NCBI GenBank assembly: GCA_018263585.1
Contig: JAANWZ010000130.1
Location: 14,062-78,061, forward strand
Direction: 5' to 3'
Source: Calditrichota bacterium
Lineage (GTDB): Bacteria; Electryoneota; Electryoneia; Electryoneales; Electryoneaceae
DNA: 64,000 bases
The position numbers were made by a program, and so were the translations under genes. The stretch's first letter is position 1. Every line of letters starts with the position of its first letter. Of this stretch, positions 21,719-30,725 are shown piece after piece. Below the pieces are notes generated by a model. The model did not search any database. It was given only the letters and a program-made list of their open reading frames with translations, and was not told where the DNA came from.

Positions 21719-22101
21719 TCCTCGATCACCGCGACGGATTCCATCTCGACGAGCACGTCCTTCGGCAGCCGAGACGCCTCGACCGCGCTGCGCGCCGGGG
21801 CGTCGCCGGGGAAGTACTCCGCGTAGATCTCGTTCACCGTGATGAAATCGTCCATGTCCTGCAGGTACACGGTCGTCTTCACCACGTTCGCGAGCGAAGA
21901 ACCGCCGGCTTCTACGACCGCTTTCAGGTTCTCCAGCACCTGTCGCGCCTGTTCTTCGATCGTGTCGCCGGCGATCTCCCCGCTCGCCGGGTCGAGCGCG
22001 ATCTGGCCGGCGGTGAACAGGAACGCTCCGCTCGCGCGCACGGCCTGGTTGTACGGGCCGATCGCCCCCGGAGCCCGGTCGGTGCGCACAACAGTCCTCA
22101 T
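21715..22101 (-). CDS. ridA: RidA/YjgF-family reactive-intermediate deaminase
   Basis: 128 aa with PYNQAV...[11 protein letters not shown]...VKTTVYL, canonical for RidA. 4-nt overlap with the downstream gene. Confidence 0.85.
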   Translation of the reverse strand: MRTVVRTDRAPGAIGPYNQAVRASGAFLFTAGQIALDPASGEIAGDTIEEQARQVLENLKAVVEAGGSSLANVVKTTVYLQDMDDFITVNEIYAEYFPGDAPARSAVEASRLPKDVLVEMESVAVIEE

Positions 22102-22168
22102 CGGGAAGTCTCCTCTCCGTGCGGATTGCAGTTCAGCTCGCGTACGTTAGCCGAATCGGCGGTCGCGA

Positions 22169-23074
22169 TCAATGCCGGAGCCCGAGGATGTCCTTGAGCA
22201 CGTACCCGGCGACCTTCGGGTTCTCCTTCAACCGGCGCGCCGAGTACGCGTACCAGTCTTCGCCGAACGGGACATAGACCCGCATCCGGTGGCCTTCGGA
22301 GATGATTTGCCGGCGCAGGTCAGGGCGCACGCCGAGCAGCATCTGGAACTCGTACTGCTCGCGGTCGAGGCCGAGCTCGTCGATCAGGGTGAACGCCTCC
22401 CAGACGAGCAGTTCGTCGTGCGTCGCGATCCCGACGTACACCCCTGCCTCGAGCGCGATCCGCAGCAGGCGCACGTAGTTGCGGCGCACGACATCGAAGT
22501 CCCGGAACGCAATCTCCGACGGTTCGATGTAAATCCCCTTGCACAGGCGCAAATTGATCTTATCCGGGATGATTCGCTCGCGCAGGTCGGACATCGACCG
22601 GCGCATGTACGCCTGCAGCACCGCGCCGATCTTCCCGTACTCCCGGCGCAGATCCTGCACGAGGTCGAGCGTGAGCGTCGTGTACGGGCTGTCCTCCATG
22701 TCGATGCGGAGGAAGCTGTCATACATGCGCACCCGTTCGATCACGCGCAGGAAGTTCTCGCGGCAGGCGTCGTAGTCGAGCGCGAGCCCGAGCTGCGTCG
22801 GCTTGATCGAGATGTTCGCGTCGAGCCGCTCGCGCTCGATCGCGTCGAGCACGGGCAGGTAACTGTCGGCCGCCCGCGCCGCCTCGTCGAGGTTGGTCAC
22901 CGCCTCGCCGAGCACGTCGACAGTCGCCTTCGCCCCCTCACGGTTGAGCAGCTTGACGACTCGCACGGCGTCAGCGAGTTCCTCGCCGGCGATGTACGGG
23001 TCGGCGAAATGGCGGATGAACGGTCTCGGGACGAACGGGATGGTGGCGACGACGAGGCTGTCAAACAGGCTCAT
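22169..23074 (-). CDS. Proline dehydrogenase (monofunctional PutA-like)
   Basis: ~300 aa TIM-barrel PRODH-like sequence (LDANISIKPTQLGL...RLCKGIY...). GGAG RBS before the ATG at 23074. Confidence 0.7.
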   Translation of the reverse strand: MSLFDSLVVATIPFVPRPFIRHFADPYIAGEELADAVRVVKLLNREGAKATVDVLGEAVTNLDEAARAADSYLPVLDAIERERLDANISIKPTQLGLALDYDACRENFLRVIERVRMYDSFLRIDMEDSPYTTLTLDLVQDLRREYGKIGAVLQAYMRRSMSDLRERIIPDKINLRLCKGIYIEPSEIAFRDFDVVRRNYVRLLRIALEAGVYVGIATHDELLVWEAFTLIDELGLDREQYEFQMLLGVRPDLRRQIISEGHRMRVYVPFGEDWYAYSARRLKENPKVAGYVLKDILGLRH

Positions 23075-23327
23075 GCCGGGGACTCCGTGGGCCGGATTGT
23101 ACGATGTTTCACGAATATAGGGAGTTGCAGGCGTTTCCGCCAACGAGCGCACGAGCGAGCGAAAACTGTGGGAACCCGGGACACGCGCGGAGAGAACGCC
23201 CCCCGCAACTACGGTCACCGGCGTAATTCGGCTCCTGCTTGCGGGGGGCGGAGGTCGCGCGGCGTTGCGCCGCATACCTGGACCAAGTGTAGCGATCCGC
23301 ACCGATCGCTGTCAAGCGGAGAACGGC

Positions 23328-24494
23328 CTACGCCCGGTACACCTTCCCTTTCCAGATCACCGGCCAGTTGAACACGAGCGCGACGAGCAGCAGGTGGTTC
23401 ATCGCGATCTGCACCGGGAAATGGAGCGCGAGGTCGCGCGCCGGGATCGGATCCTCGAGGATCTCGTCCGCCTGCCGGATCAACGAGACCTCCGCCGCGA
23501 CCACGATCGCGAACGCCGCGAGCCCGGTGAGCGGAAACAGCAGCACCGACCACGGAATCGCGATCCGCATCAGGAACACGACCGCGTAGAGGAACGAGTT
23601 CGTCGCGTTGAACGTCTTCGTCGCCGACGCCCACCGCCGTGTCTGCCGCCAGAACTCGCGGAAGCTGCGGGAGGGGCGGGTTGTCACGACCGCCTCCGGG
23701 TCGATCAGCACCGCGATCCGCTTGTCCGTCTCGCGGATCATCCGGTTCACGAGCGCGACGTCCTCGATCAACGTCGGCCCGACCGTGCGGAACCCGCCGA
23801 TCTCCCGGTAGGTGGACATCCGCAGCCCCTGGTTGTTGCCCATGTTGAACGAGGGGCGCAGGTGTTTGAGCAGCAACCGGAACGGGCGCAGCCTCGGGTG
23901 ATACTGATCCGCCGGCAGTTGCAGCGTTGAATAGCCCGCGGAGAGGGCGAGGAACAACCGGTTGAGCACGTGCTGCATCCGCGCGAGGAACGAGTTCGGC
24001 CGGTGCGGATCCTCGACAGACACCTGGCTGTTCACGACCGCAACGTCCTCGTGGAACCCGGCCATCATCCGTTCGATCCACGTCTCCGGGACCGTGCAGT
24101 CGGCGTCGGTGAGCAGGACGAATTCCGTGTCAACGTGCCGCAGTGCAGTATCCAGCGCCTGCACCTTGCCGCGCAGCTCGCCGTCCTCTTCCCGAATGTG
24201 GATCACCCGCGCCGGCACGCGCGCATCGGCGGCGAACAATTCCATCAGCTCGCCGGTGCGGTCCTTCGACAGGTGATTGACGAGCAGCAGCGAATAGAGC
24301 TCGCGCGGGTAGGTCTGGTCGGACAGCGAAAACAGGCACTCCATGAGCACATCTTCTTCGTCGCGCGCGCAGACGACGACGGTGACCGGTTCGCGCCGCG
24401 ACGTCTTCGGCCACTGTTGCCGGCAGCCGTAGAGCGCGATCCAGGCGGCGACGGAGACGACGAGTGCGAGCAGGAGTGGCAGCAGCAACGGCAT
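23328..24494 (-). CDS. Family-2 glycosyltransferase (membrane, processive-type QxxRW)
   Basis: N-terminal TM. VVVCARDEE...DADC (DxD). QTRRW. C-terminal TM helices. Confidence 0.75.
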   Translation of the reverse strand: MPLLLPLLLALVVSVAAWIALYGCRQQWPKTSRREPVTVVVCARDEEDVLMECLFSLSDQTYPRELYSLLLVNHLSKDRTGELMELFAADARVPARVIHIREEDGELRGKVQALDTALRHVDTEFVLLTDADCTVPETWIERMMAGFHEDVAVVNSQVSVEDPHRPNSFLARMQHVLNRLFLALSAGYSTLQLPADQYHPRLRPFRLLLKHLRPSFNMGNNQGLRMSTYREIGGFRTVGPTLIEDVALVNRMIRETDKRIAVLIDPEAVVTTRPSRSFREFWRQTRRWASATKTFNATNSFLYAVVFLMRIAIPWSVLLFPLTGLAAFAIVVAAEVSLIRQADEILEDPIPARDLALHFPVQIAMNHLLLVALVFNWPVIWKGKVYRA

Positions 24495-24497
24495 GGG

Positions 24498-25232
24498 TCA
24501 CCAGTCCGGAAGAAACCGTGTGATGTCGGTGAACGTGACGCCGGCCCGTTTCAACGCAGGCAGCGTGCGGTCGAGTGCACCGGCGACCGCGCCGGCGCTT
24601 TCGCCCCCGTCATGTAAGAGCACGATGTCTCCCGGGTAAACATACCGGTAGAGCAGCCGGGAGAGGGAGGAGGGGGAGACCCCGGGCGCCCAGTCGCGCA
24701 TCGAGAGCCTCCAGTGCACGATCCGGCCGCCGAGTTCGCGCGCGGTCGCGATCGCGGCGAAATCGAGCCGGCCGTACGGCGCGCGCAGCAGCAGGCGCCC
24801 GTCTCCGACCGCGAACGGGTTCGGTTGCGCGCGGAGAACCATCAGCGGGTCGATTTCCACTCGCCGGTGCGCGTGCGAGCGGAACCACCACGCGCTGTGC
24901 GTGAGCCCGTGGTACCCGATCCGGTGTCCGGCGTCGAGCACGCGGTCGATCACATCCTCCCCGCCCGGGATCCGTTGCCCGCGGAGGAAGAACGTCGCCG
25001 GGATTTCATGCTTCGCGAGCACGTCGAGAATGCGCAGCGTGCCGTCCCCGGCCGGGCCGTCGTCGAACGTGAGATGCACCGGGCTGTCGGCCGCCGGGGC
25101 GGGGATTCCCCACACGACCCGCGGGAACAGCCGTTCGAGCAGCGGGTGGGTGCGGAGCACAGGCCCGCCGAGCTCGGCGAACGCGGCGAGCTCCGCCCGC
25201 CGTGACCACAGGCTCGCGCGAGAAACGGTCAT
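24498..25232 (-). CDS. Polysaccharide deacetylase (NodB homology domain)
   Basis: HLTFDDGP and HGLTH motifs. ATGA overlap with the upstream GT stop. 3-nt gap to the downstream GT. Confidence 0.75.
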   Translation of the reverse strand: MTVSRASLWSRRAELAAFAELGGPVLRTHPLLERLFPRVVWGIPAPAADSPVHLTFDDGPAGDGTLRILDVLAKHEIPATFFLRGQRIPGGEDVIDRVLDAGHRIGYHGLTHSAWWFRSHAHRRVEIDPLMVLRAQPNPFAVGDGRLLLRAPYGRLDFAAIATARELGGRIVHWRLSMRDWAPGVSPSSLSRLLYRYVYPGDIVLLHDGGESAGAVAGALDRTLPALKRAGVTFTDITRFLPDW

Positions 25233-26425
25233 GCCGCGATCCCGGAGGATCGGCGACCGGCCCGCTGCGCGGCGCTGCGCCCGGCGAGCGTCTGGCTCTT
25301 CCACTTGAACTTGAAGAACTGGCCGCGGAACCCGGCGTAGAAGATCGCCGGAGCGTGCAGGATCTGCGTGAGCAGGAACTTTACCGGCGGGTACCGCTCC
25401 TGGAACCGGCGCATCCCGTCGCGCATGATCACCGACTCGGTGCCGATCTTCGAGAGCGCGAGCAGCACCGGCAACGACGGCGCAGCCCGTCCGACCAGCG
25501 CGAGCGGCAGCGAGAGCGCGATCATCAGGTAGTAGAGGAACGTGCCGACGACGAGGAACATCAGGAACGGCGGGTAGTAGAAGCCCTTCGAGCTCCAGCG
25601 CGCGCGCTGGTTCACCCACTGGTTGAGCGTGTCCACGGGCTGGCTGAACACGTACGCCTCCGGCCGTTCGACGAAACGCACGGCCCCGCCGCGCGCGGCG
25701 ATGTCCTGGAGCAGGAACACGTCGTCGCCGGACGTGATCCGGTCGTTGCTCGCGTACCCGCCGATCCGTTCGTACGCGCTGCGCCGGGCGGCGAGGTTCG
25801 ACCCGTGCGCGTTCGTCACATGGCCCGCCGCGATCGAGCCCGCAGCCATCACCGAATATGACAGGTGCTCGAGGCTCTCGAGCTCGCTCCACCACGGCCG
25901 TTTCGCCCCGTCCGCGCGGATGAACCGGCTCACTCCGGTCACACCCTGCACTTCCGGATCGGTGAACGGCGAGAGCAGCGCGCGCAGCCAGCGCGGGCCC
26001 ATCCAGCAGTCGGCGTCGGTGGTCACGATCACCTCGCCGGTCGCGAGCGCGATCCCCCGCGAGAGCGCGTACTTCTTCGGCGCGCGACTCTCGCTCGCCC
26101 CGTCGCGGATGCGGACAACCCGGTAGCGCACCCCCGACCGCGCCCGCCCGCGCACGAGCTCGCCGGTCCGGTCGCGGCTGCGGTCATCGACGACGATCAC
26201 CTCGAACTTGTCGCGCGGGTAATCCTGCGCCTCCAAGCCGTCGAGCAGGCGGCCGATCCGGGTTTCTTCATCACGAGCCGCGATCACGATCGAAGCGAAC
26301 GGGAGTTCGCCGTCGTCCTCGACGATCCGCGTGCGCGGGAGGCGGCGCAGGCCGACATAGACGATCACCATGAACGCGGAATAGACGAGCCACGCGCACC
26401 ACGTGATCATATAGTAGGCCGTCAT
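25229..26425 (-). CDS. Family-2 glycosyltransferase (membrane, QxxRW)
   Basis: IVIAARDEE...TDADC...QRARW. ATGA overlap with the upstream flippase-like gene. The long N-terminal ORF extension is out of frame with that gene and was rejected. Confidence 0.75.
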   Translation of the reverse strand: MTAYYMITWCAWLVYSAFMVIVYVGLRRLPRTRIVEDDGELPFASIVIAARDEETRIGRLLDGLEAQDYPRDKFEVIVVDDRSRDRTGELVRGRARSGVRYRVVRIRDGASESRAPKKYALSRGIALATGEVIVTTDADCWMGPRWLRALLSPFTDPEVQGVTGVSRFIRADGAKRPWWSELESLEHLSYSVMAAGSIAAGHVTNAHGSNLAARRSAYERIGGYASNDRITSGDDVFLLQDIAARGGAVRFVERPEAYVFSQPVDTLNQWVNQRARWSSKGFYYPPFLMFLVVGTFLYYLMIALSLPLALVGRAAPSLPVLLALSKIGTESVIMRDGMRRFQERYPPVKFLLTQILHAPAIFYAGFRGQFFKFKWKSQTLAGRSAAQRAGRRSSGIAA

Positions 26426-27507
26426 CCCGCCCTCCTCCGCATCCGGCGGGTGATCCGGCCGAACACGTTCGTCGCCTTCACCTTCTGCAACACGAAGAAC
26501 CCGGCGATCGCCGGCAGCAGGATGTTGATCGTGAAGATGAGCAGCGAGGCGGTGAACGCGGTCGTGTCCGCGATCTCGAACCGGTGGTAGATGGAAACCG
26601 TCGCCCACTCGCTCACGCCGAGGTCGCCGAGCGATATCGGGAGCAGCGTTTTCACGAACAGCGACGCGGTGTACGTGTGCGCCGCGGTGAGCCAGTTCAC
26701 AGCCTGAAATGCGTTGCTCAGCAGGTGGAACTGGGTGAGGACAACGACGAACTGGCCGGCGGTGATCGCGGCCATCCGCCGGCTGTCGCGGGGCTCGACC
26801 CGGTCGAGCGCGTGCAGCAGGTCGGCGGCACTCCCTTTCAGCGGCAGCCGCTTCTGCAGCCACGCGAGCAGTCGCCGGAGCGGTACGGGAGTGAGCGCGT
26901 ACGAGAAGTAGAGAACCGGGAGCGCGCTCGTCGCGATGAGCAGCGAAACCCGCAGGCCGGGGGAGAGGTAGTCGCTGAACCCGGGCGTGTGATACACGAG
27001 CGCCGGGCCGAAAAAGACGAGCACGCCCATGAAATACGCCTTGTCGAGCACGTGCAGCCCGGCGAGCCGCACGCGCGACGGCGGCTGGAGCAGGAACACG
27101 CGCCCGATCTCGCCGACCCGGCCCGGAGTGATCAGGCCGAGCGACATCCCGCCGAGGAAGCTCGCGAACACCTTGGAAAACGGGACGCCGGGCATTTCGC
27201 CCCGGAGCGCGCACCACCAGCGCCGCCCCTGCAGCCACAGGTTGACCGGCATGAGCGCGAACGCCGCGAGCATGAACCAGCCGTTCGCGCCCGCGACCGC
27301 TTCTTCGAGCGCCGCGATCCGGATCGTGCGCACGAGCAGCCACAGCAGCGTGACCGCCACCGCCGCCTTGATGAGGTGTACGAGCCACACCTTCCACGGC
27401 CGCGGGCGGACTGTTCCGCTGTCCACGCGCGGGATCTCACCGGCCGCGGCTGCGGCGCGCGATTCGGCGGGCGCCGCGCTCTCGATTCGCTGGCCGTCAG
27501 GATTCAT
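26422..27507 (-). CDS. Flippase-like polytopic membrane protein (LPG_synthase_TM / UPF0104 family)
   Basis: 361 aa, ~8 TM helices. Resembles the N-terminal domain of MprF/HpnL-type proteins. Its stop overlaps the next GT start. Confidence 0.6.
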   Translation of the reverse strand: MNPDGQRIESAAPAESRAAAAAGEIPRVDSGTVRPRPWKVWLVHLIKAAVAVTLLWLLVRTIRIAALEEAVAGANGWFMLAAFALMPVNLWLQGRRWWCALRGEMPGVPFSKVFASFLGGMSLGLITPGRVGEIGRVFLLQPPSRVRLAGLHVLDKAYFMGVLVFFGPALVYHTPGFSDYLSPGLRVSLLIATSALPVLYFSYALTPVPLRRLLAWLQKRLPLKGSAADLLHALDRVEPRDSRRMAAITAGQFVVVLTQFHLLSNAFQAVNWLTAAHTYTASLFVKTLLPISLGDLGVSEWATVSIYHRFEIADTTAFTASLLIFTINILLPAIAGFFVLQKVKATNVFGRITRRMRRRAG

Positions 27508-28651
27508 CCGCCGCCGGTTCCGGTTCGATCGTTTGCGCGCGCCGTATCGTGCGCCCCTTCCAGCTCAGCTTCCCGAACAGCGCCTTCGGCCAGATGATCC
27601 ACCCCCAGAACGGGGCGAGCGACATCGTCACGAGCGCCTGCAGCGCGCGCTTCGGGTCGCGCAGCACACGCAGCCCGGCGGCCGCGAGCATGACGTCGCA
27701 GCCGGTCTTGAACAACCACGCGCCCCGCACCGCTGAAGCCGGCAGCAGCCGCACCACAGAAAGCAGCGTCGCGAGTCCGAGCCCGAGATAGAGCGCGCTC
27801 CCGATCAGCCCGATCAACACCCAGCCGGGCGCGTAGCGCGGGCCGACGCTCATGTGCCGAGCCTTGATCCCGACGGGGTCGTCGTGTTCGCGGAGCATTG
27901 CATGCACGACCGACTCCTTCGACGCCGCGAACTCGACCTTCCAGTCCGTGCGCGCGGCGACCCGTTGCAGGAACAGGTCGTCGTCGCCGGAGGCGTACCG
28001 GCCGTCCGAGCCGAACCCGCCCATGTCGAGATAGAGCCTGCGCCGAGCGGCGAAGTTTCGGCCGAACGCGTTGAACGGAAACCCGAGCCCGACTGCGGCC
28101 GCGCTCAACGTCGCGGACGAATACGACTCCCCCTCCGCGAGCCACTGGAGCGGGTTGTTCGGGCCGGTGAGCGGAGCGTAGCCGAGCACGATCCCGGCGC
28201 GGTCGCTCATGTACGCCGCGAGCGCGCGGATCCACTGCGGGCCGGGCACGCAGTCCGCATCGGTGAACACGACCCATTCCCCGCTGCAGCGACGGATCGC
28301 GGTGTAGAGCGCGCGTTTCTTCGGTGACTTGATCGGCAGCGTCGGGTTCGCGGAGATCACATGAAAGCGCCGGTCCCTGCGCGCCGCGTCGAGCGCGAGC
28401 GAAAGCGTGTTGTCCTCGGAGTGGTCGTCCACGATCCAGAAATCGATCTTCTCGCGCGGGTAATTCTGTGCGGAGAGCGCGGCCATCAGCCCGGGCAGGT
28501 AGGTCTCCTCGTTGCGGGCGGCGACGATCACCGAGACCTTCGGCAGCGACGGATCATCGGCCGGCAACGGGTCGCGCCTGTTCACGCGCAGCAGGCCGAG
28601 CGTCGCGAGCCCGGTGAGCGCGCCGTACACGGCTTTGTATCCGTTCAGCAA
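27497..28651 (-). CDS. Family-2 glycosyltransferase (membrane)
   Basis: VSVIVAARNEE...TDADC motifs. Start placed at TTG 28651, which has a GGGAG RBS 8 nt upstream. A longer ORF reaching 28855 would run through the 26-bp palindrome. Confidence 0.65.
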   Translation of the reverse strand: MLNGYKAVYGALTGLATLGLLRVNRRDPLPADDPSLPKVSVIVAARNEETYLPGLMAALSAQNYPREKIDFWIVDDHSEDNTLSLALDAARRDRRFHVISANPTLPIKSPKKRALYTAIRRCSGEWVVFTDADCVPGPQWIRALAAYMSDRAGIVLGYAPLTGPNNPLQWLAEGESYSSATLSAAAVGLGFPFNAFGRNFAARRRLYLDMGGFGSDGRYASGDDDLFLQRVAARTDWKVEFAASKESVVHAMLREHDDPVGIKARHMSVGPRYAPGWVLIGLIGSALYLGLGLATLLSVVRLLPASAVRGAWLFKTGCDVMLAAAGLRVLRDPKRALQALVTMSLAPFWGWIIWPKALFGKLSWKGRTIRRAQTIEPEPAADES

Positions 28652-28976
28652 CGTGCGTTCTCCCTGATTCGGGGACAGTCCGGGCGTCCGTGACCGCTCC
28701 GCCGGAGTCCCCCCGCGGTCGATCCAACATCGCAATATAGGGCGTGGCCCGGAGCGAAAACAGGTTTCCCCGTTCGCTCCCGCGGGCGCGCTGGTCCCTT
28801 TGCGCGCCGGGGCCTCCGGGGACGCTTGCTTGCAAGCGTCCCCTGCCTCTGCCACGTCTCCTTTGCGCGAGCGGGACCGGCGAATGTATGCTCTACACCG
28901 TTGTTCGTGAACGCTGCCCGTGGGAACGCCCGCTCCGGCGTTCCGTCTCTTTCACCGCAACCACCGGCGAGCGACG
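28652..28976. promoter_or_regulatory. Divergent promoter region between the GT-deacetylase-flippase operon (-) and the ABC exporter pair (+), containing the 26-bp palindrome
   Basis: 325-bp spacer between divergent start codons. Perfect palindrome at 28818-28843. Confidence 0.4.
28818..28843. repeat. 26-bp perfect palindrome GGGGACGCTTGC-TT-GCAAGCGTCCCC
   Basis: Seen directly. Lies in the divergent GT-operon / ABC-exporter intergenic region. Confidence 0.85.
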
Positions 28977-30725
28977 ATGGCCGAATTCATCCGCAGAGTG
29001 CTCTACTACTACCGCCCGTACCGGGGGGCGGTGATCGCCGGACTCGTGTTCGTCGTACTCGCGAACGTGTTCAAGTCATTGAGCCCGTGGGTGCTGCGGC
29101 TCGCTGTCAACAGCATCGAGAGCGGGCTCGAGCGCGCCGAGCTCTGGCACTGGGCCGGGCTGATCGTCGGCGTCGCCGCACTCGCCGGCCTGTTCACGCT
29201 GCTGATGCGGAAGAAGGTGATCAGCGTAAGCCGGCACATCGAATATGACATCCGCCAGCGGCTGCTGAGGCACCTGCTCGCGCTCGACCCGTCATTCTAC
29301 GACCGCTCGCGGATCGGCGACCTGATGACCCGGTCCACGCTCGACATCGAGCAGGTGCGGATGGTGATCGGCCCCGCGCTGATGTACACCGTGAACACGA
29401 TCTTCGGTTTCCTGTTCGCGATGGTGCTGATGTTCACGATCTCCGTGCCGCTCACGCTGATCGTGATCCTGATCGGACCGATCGTCGCCGGGCTCGTGTT
29501 CCTCGTCGGGCGCAGGGTGCATCGCGCGTCCACCGAGAGCCAGGAGGCGTTCTCCGACCTGAGCGCGTTCGTGCAGGAGAACGTGAGCGGGATCCGGGTC
29601 GTGAAGGCGTTTCTCCAGCACGAGCACCAGCAGCGAGAGTTCGCCGGCCGGAGCGGCACACTGCTGAAGAAGAAGATGAAGCTCGTGCTGTTCCAGGGCA
29701 CGTTCATGCCGCTGATCATGCTCCTGTTCGGGACCGCGGTGTCGGCGATCATGCTCGTCGGCGGTTACTACATCATCGAGGGCACACTCCGCGTCGGCGA
29801 CTACGTCGCGTTCACCGGCTACCTGATGATGCTCACGTGGCCGATGGTGTCGATCGGCTGGGTTGTCAGCCTCGCGCAGCGGGGGCGGGCGTCGCTCGAA
29901 CGCATCAACGACCTGCTCGACCGCGGGCCGGGGCTGCCGGACCCGGACCCGCCCTCCGACCCGCCGCCGCGCGGGAACGGAACCGTGCGCTTCGACAGCG
30001 TCACATTCACCTACCCGCAGGCGACCGCGCCCGCGCTGAACAGCGTCAGCTTCGAGCTCAAGCCGGGCGCGACGCTCGGCATCGTCGGCCGCGTCGGCTC
30101 CGGCAAGAGCACGATCGCCTCGCTGATCACGCGCATGTACGACGTCAGCAACGGCCGGCTCCGGTTCGACGGCGTCGATGTGCGCGCCTGGAGCCTCGCC
30201 GGGCTGCGCGGGCGGATCGCGGTTGTGCCGCAGGATCCGCTCCTGTTCAGCACGTCGATTCGCGACAACATCAGGCTCGGAGGAGAGTTCAGCGAGGATG
30301 AAGTCGCGCGCGCGGTCGAGATCAGCCGGCTCGTGCAGGACATCGACAGTTTCCCGGACGGCCTCGACACGGAAGTCGGCGAGCGCGGAATCACGCTCTC
30401 CGGCGGCCAGAAGCAGCGGGTTGCGATCGCGCGCGCGGTGATCCGAGACAGCGAGCTGATCCTGTTCGACGACGCGCTCAGCGCGGTCGATGCGAGCACC
30501 GAGGAGAAGATCCTCGACAACCTGAATCGCCACCTGGAAGACCGGACCGCGATCATCATCACCCACCGCACGACGAGCGTGCACGAGGCCGACGAGATCC
30601 TGGTGATCGACGACGGCGCGATCGTCGAGTGCGGCCGTCACGGCGAGCTGATCAAGCGCGGGGGCGTGTACGCCGACCTGTTCCGCCGGCAGAAGATGGC
30701 GCGCGAGCTCGAGGAGGCGGCATGA
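28977..30725 (+). CDS. ABC exporter, fused permease/ATPase (MsbA-like), subunit 1
   Basis: 6-TM domain plus Walker A GRVGSGKST, LSGGQKQR signature, and Walker B ILFDDALSAVD. Confidence 0.85.
   Translation: MAEFIRRVLYYYRPYRGAVIAGLVFVVLANVFKSLSPWVLRLAVNSIESGLERAELWHWAGLIVGVAALAGLFTLLMRKKVISVSRHIEYDIRQRLLRHLLALDPSFYDRSRIGDLMTRSTLDIEQVRMVIGPALMYTVNTIFGFLFAMVLMFTISVPLTLIVILIGPIVAGLVFLVGRRVHRASTESQEAFSDLSAFVQENVSGIRVVKAFLQHEHQQREFAGRSGTLLKKKMKLVLFQGTFMPLIMLLFGTAVSAIMLVGGYYIIEGTLRVGDYVAFTGYLMMLTWPMVSIGWVVSLAQRGRASLERINDLLDRGPGLPDPDPPSDPPPRGNGTVRFDSVTFTYPQATAPALNSVSFELKPGATLGIVGRVGSGKSTIASLITRMYDVSNGRLRFDGVDVRAWSLAGLRGRIAVVPQDPLLFSTSIRDNIRLGGEFSEDEVARAVEISRLVQDIDSFPDGLDTEVGERGITLSGGQKQRVAIARAVIRDSELILFDDALSAVDASTEEKILDNLNRHLEDRTAIIITHRTTSVHEADEILVIDDGAIVECGRHGELIKRGGVYADLFRRQKMARELEEAA

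Noticed and set aside
25229-27397. Long N-terminal extensions of the GT2 and deacetylase ORFs (722 aa and 465 aa readings)
   Set aside because: The extensions are out-of-frame overlaps with the upstream neighbours. ATGA stop/start overlaps and the onset of GT2/NodB motifs define the shorter starts used.
28652-28855. ATG start at 28855 for the third GT2
   Set aside because: A TTG at 28651 with a GGGAG RBS gives a protein beginning at its TM helix like its paralogues. The longer reading would place the 26-bp palindrome inside coding sequence and add a low-complexity N-terminus.
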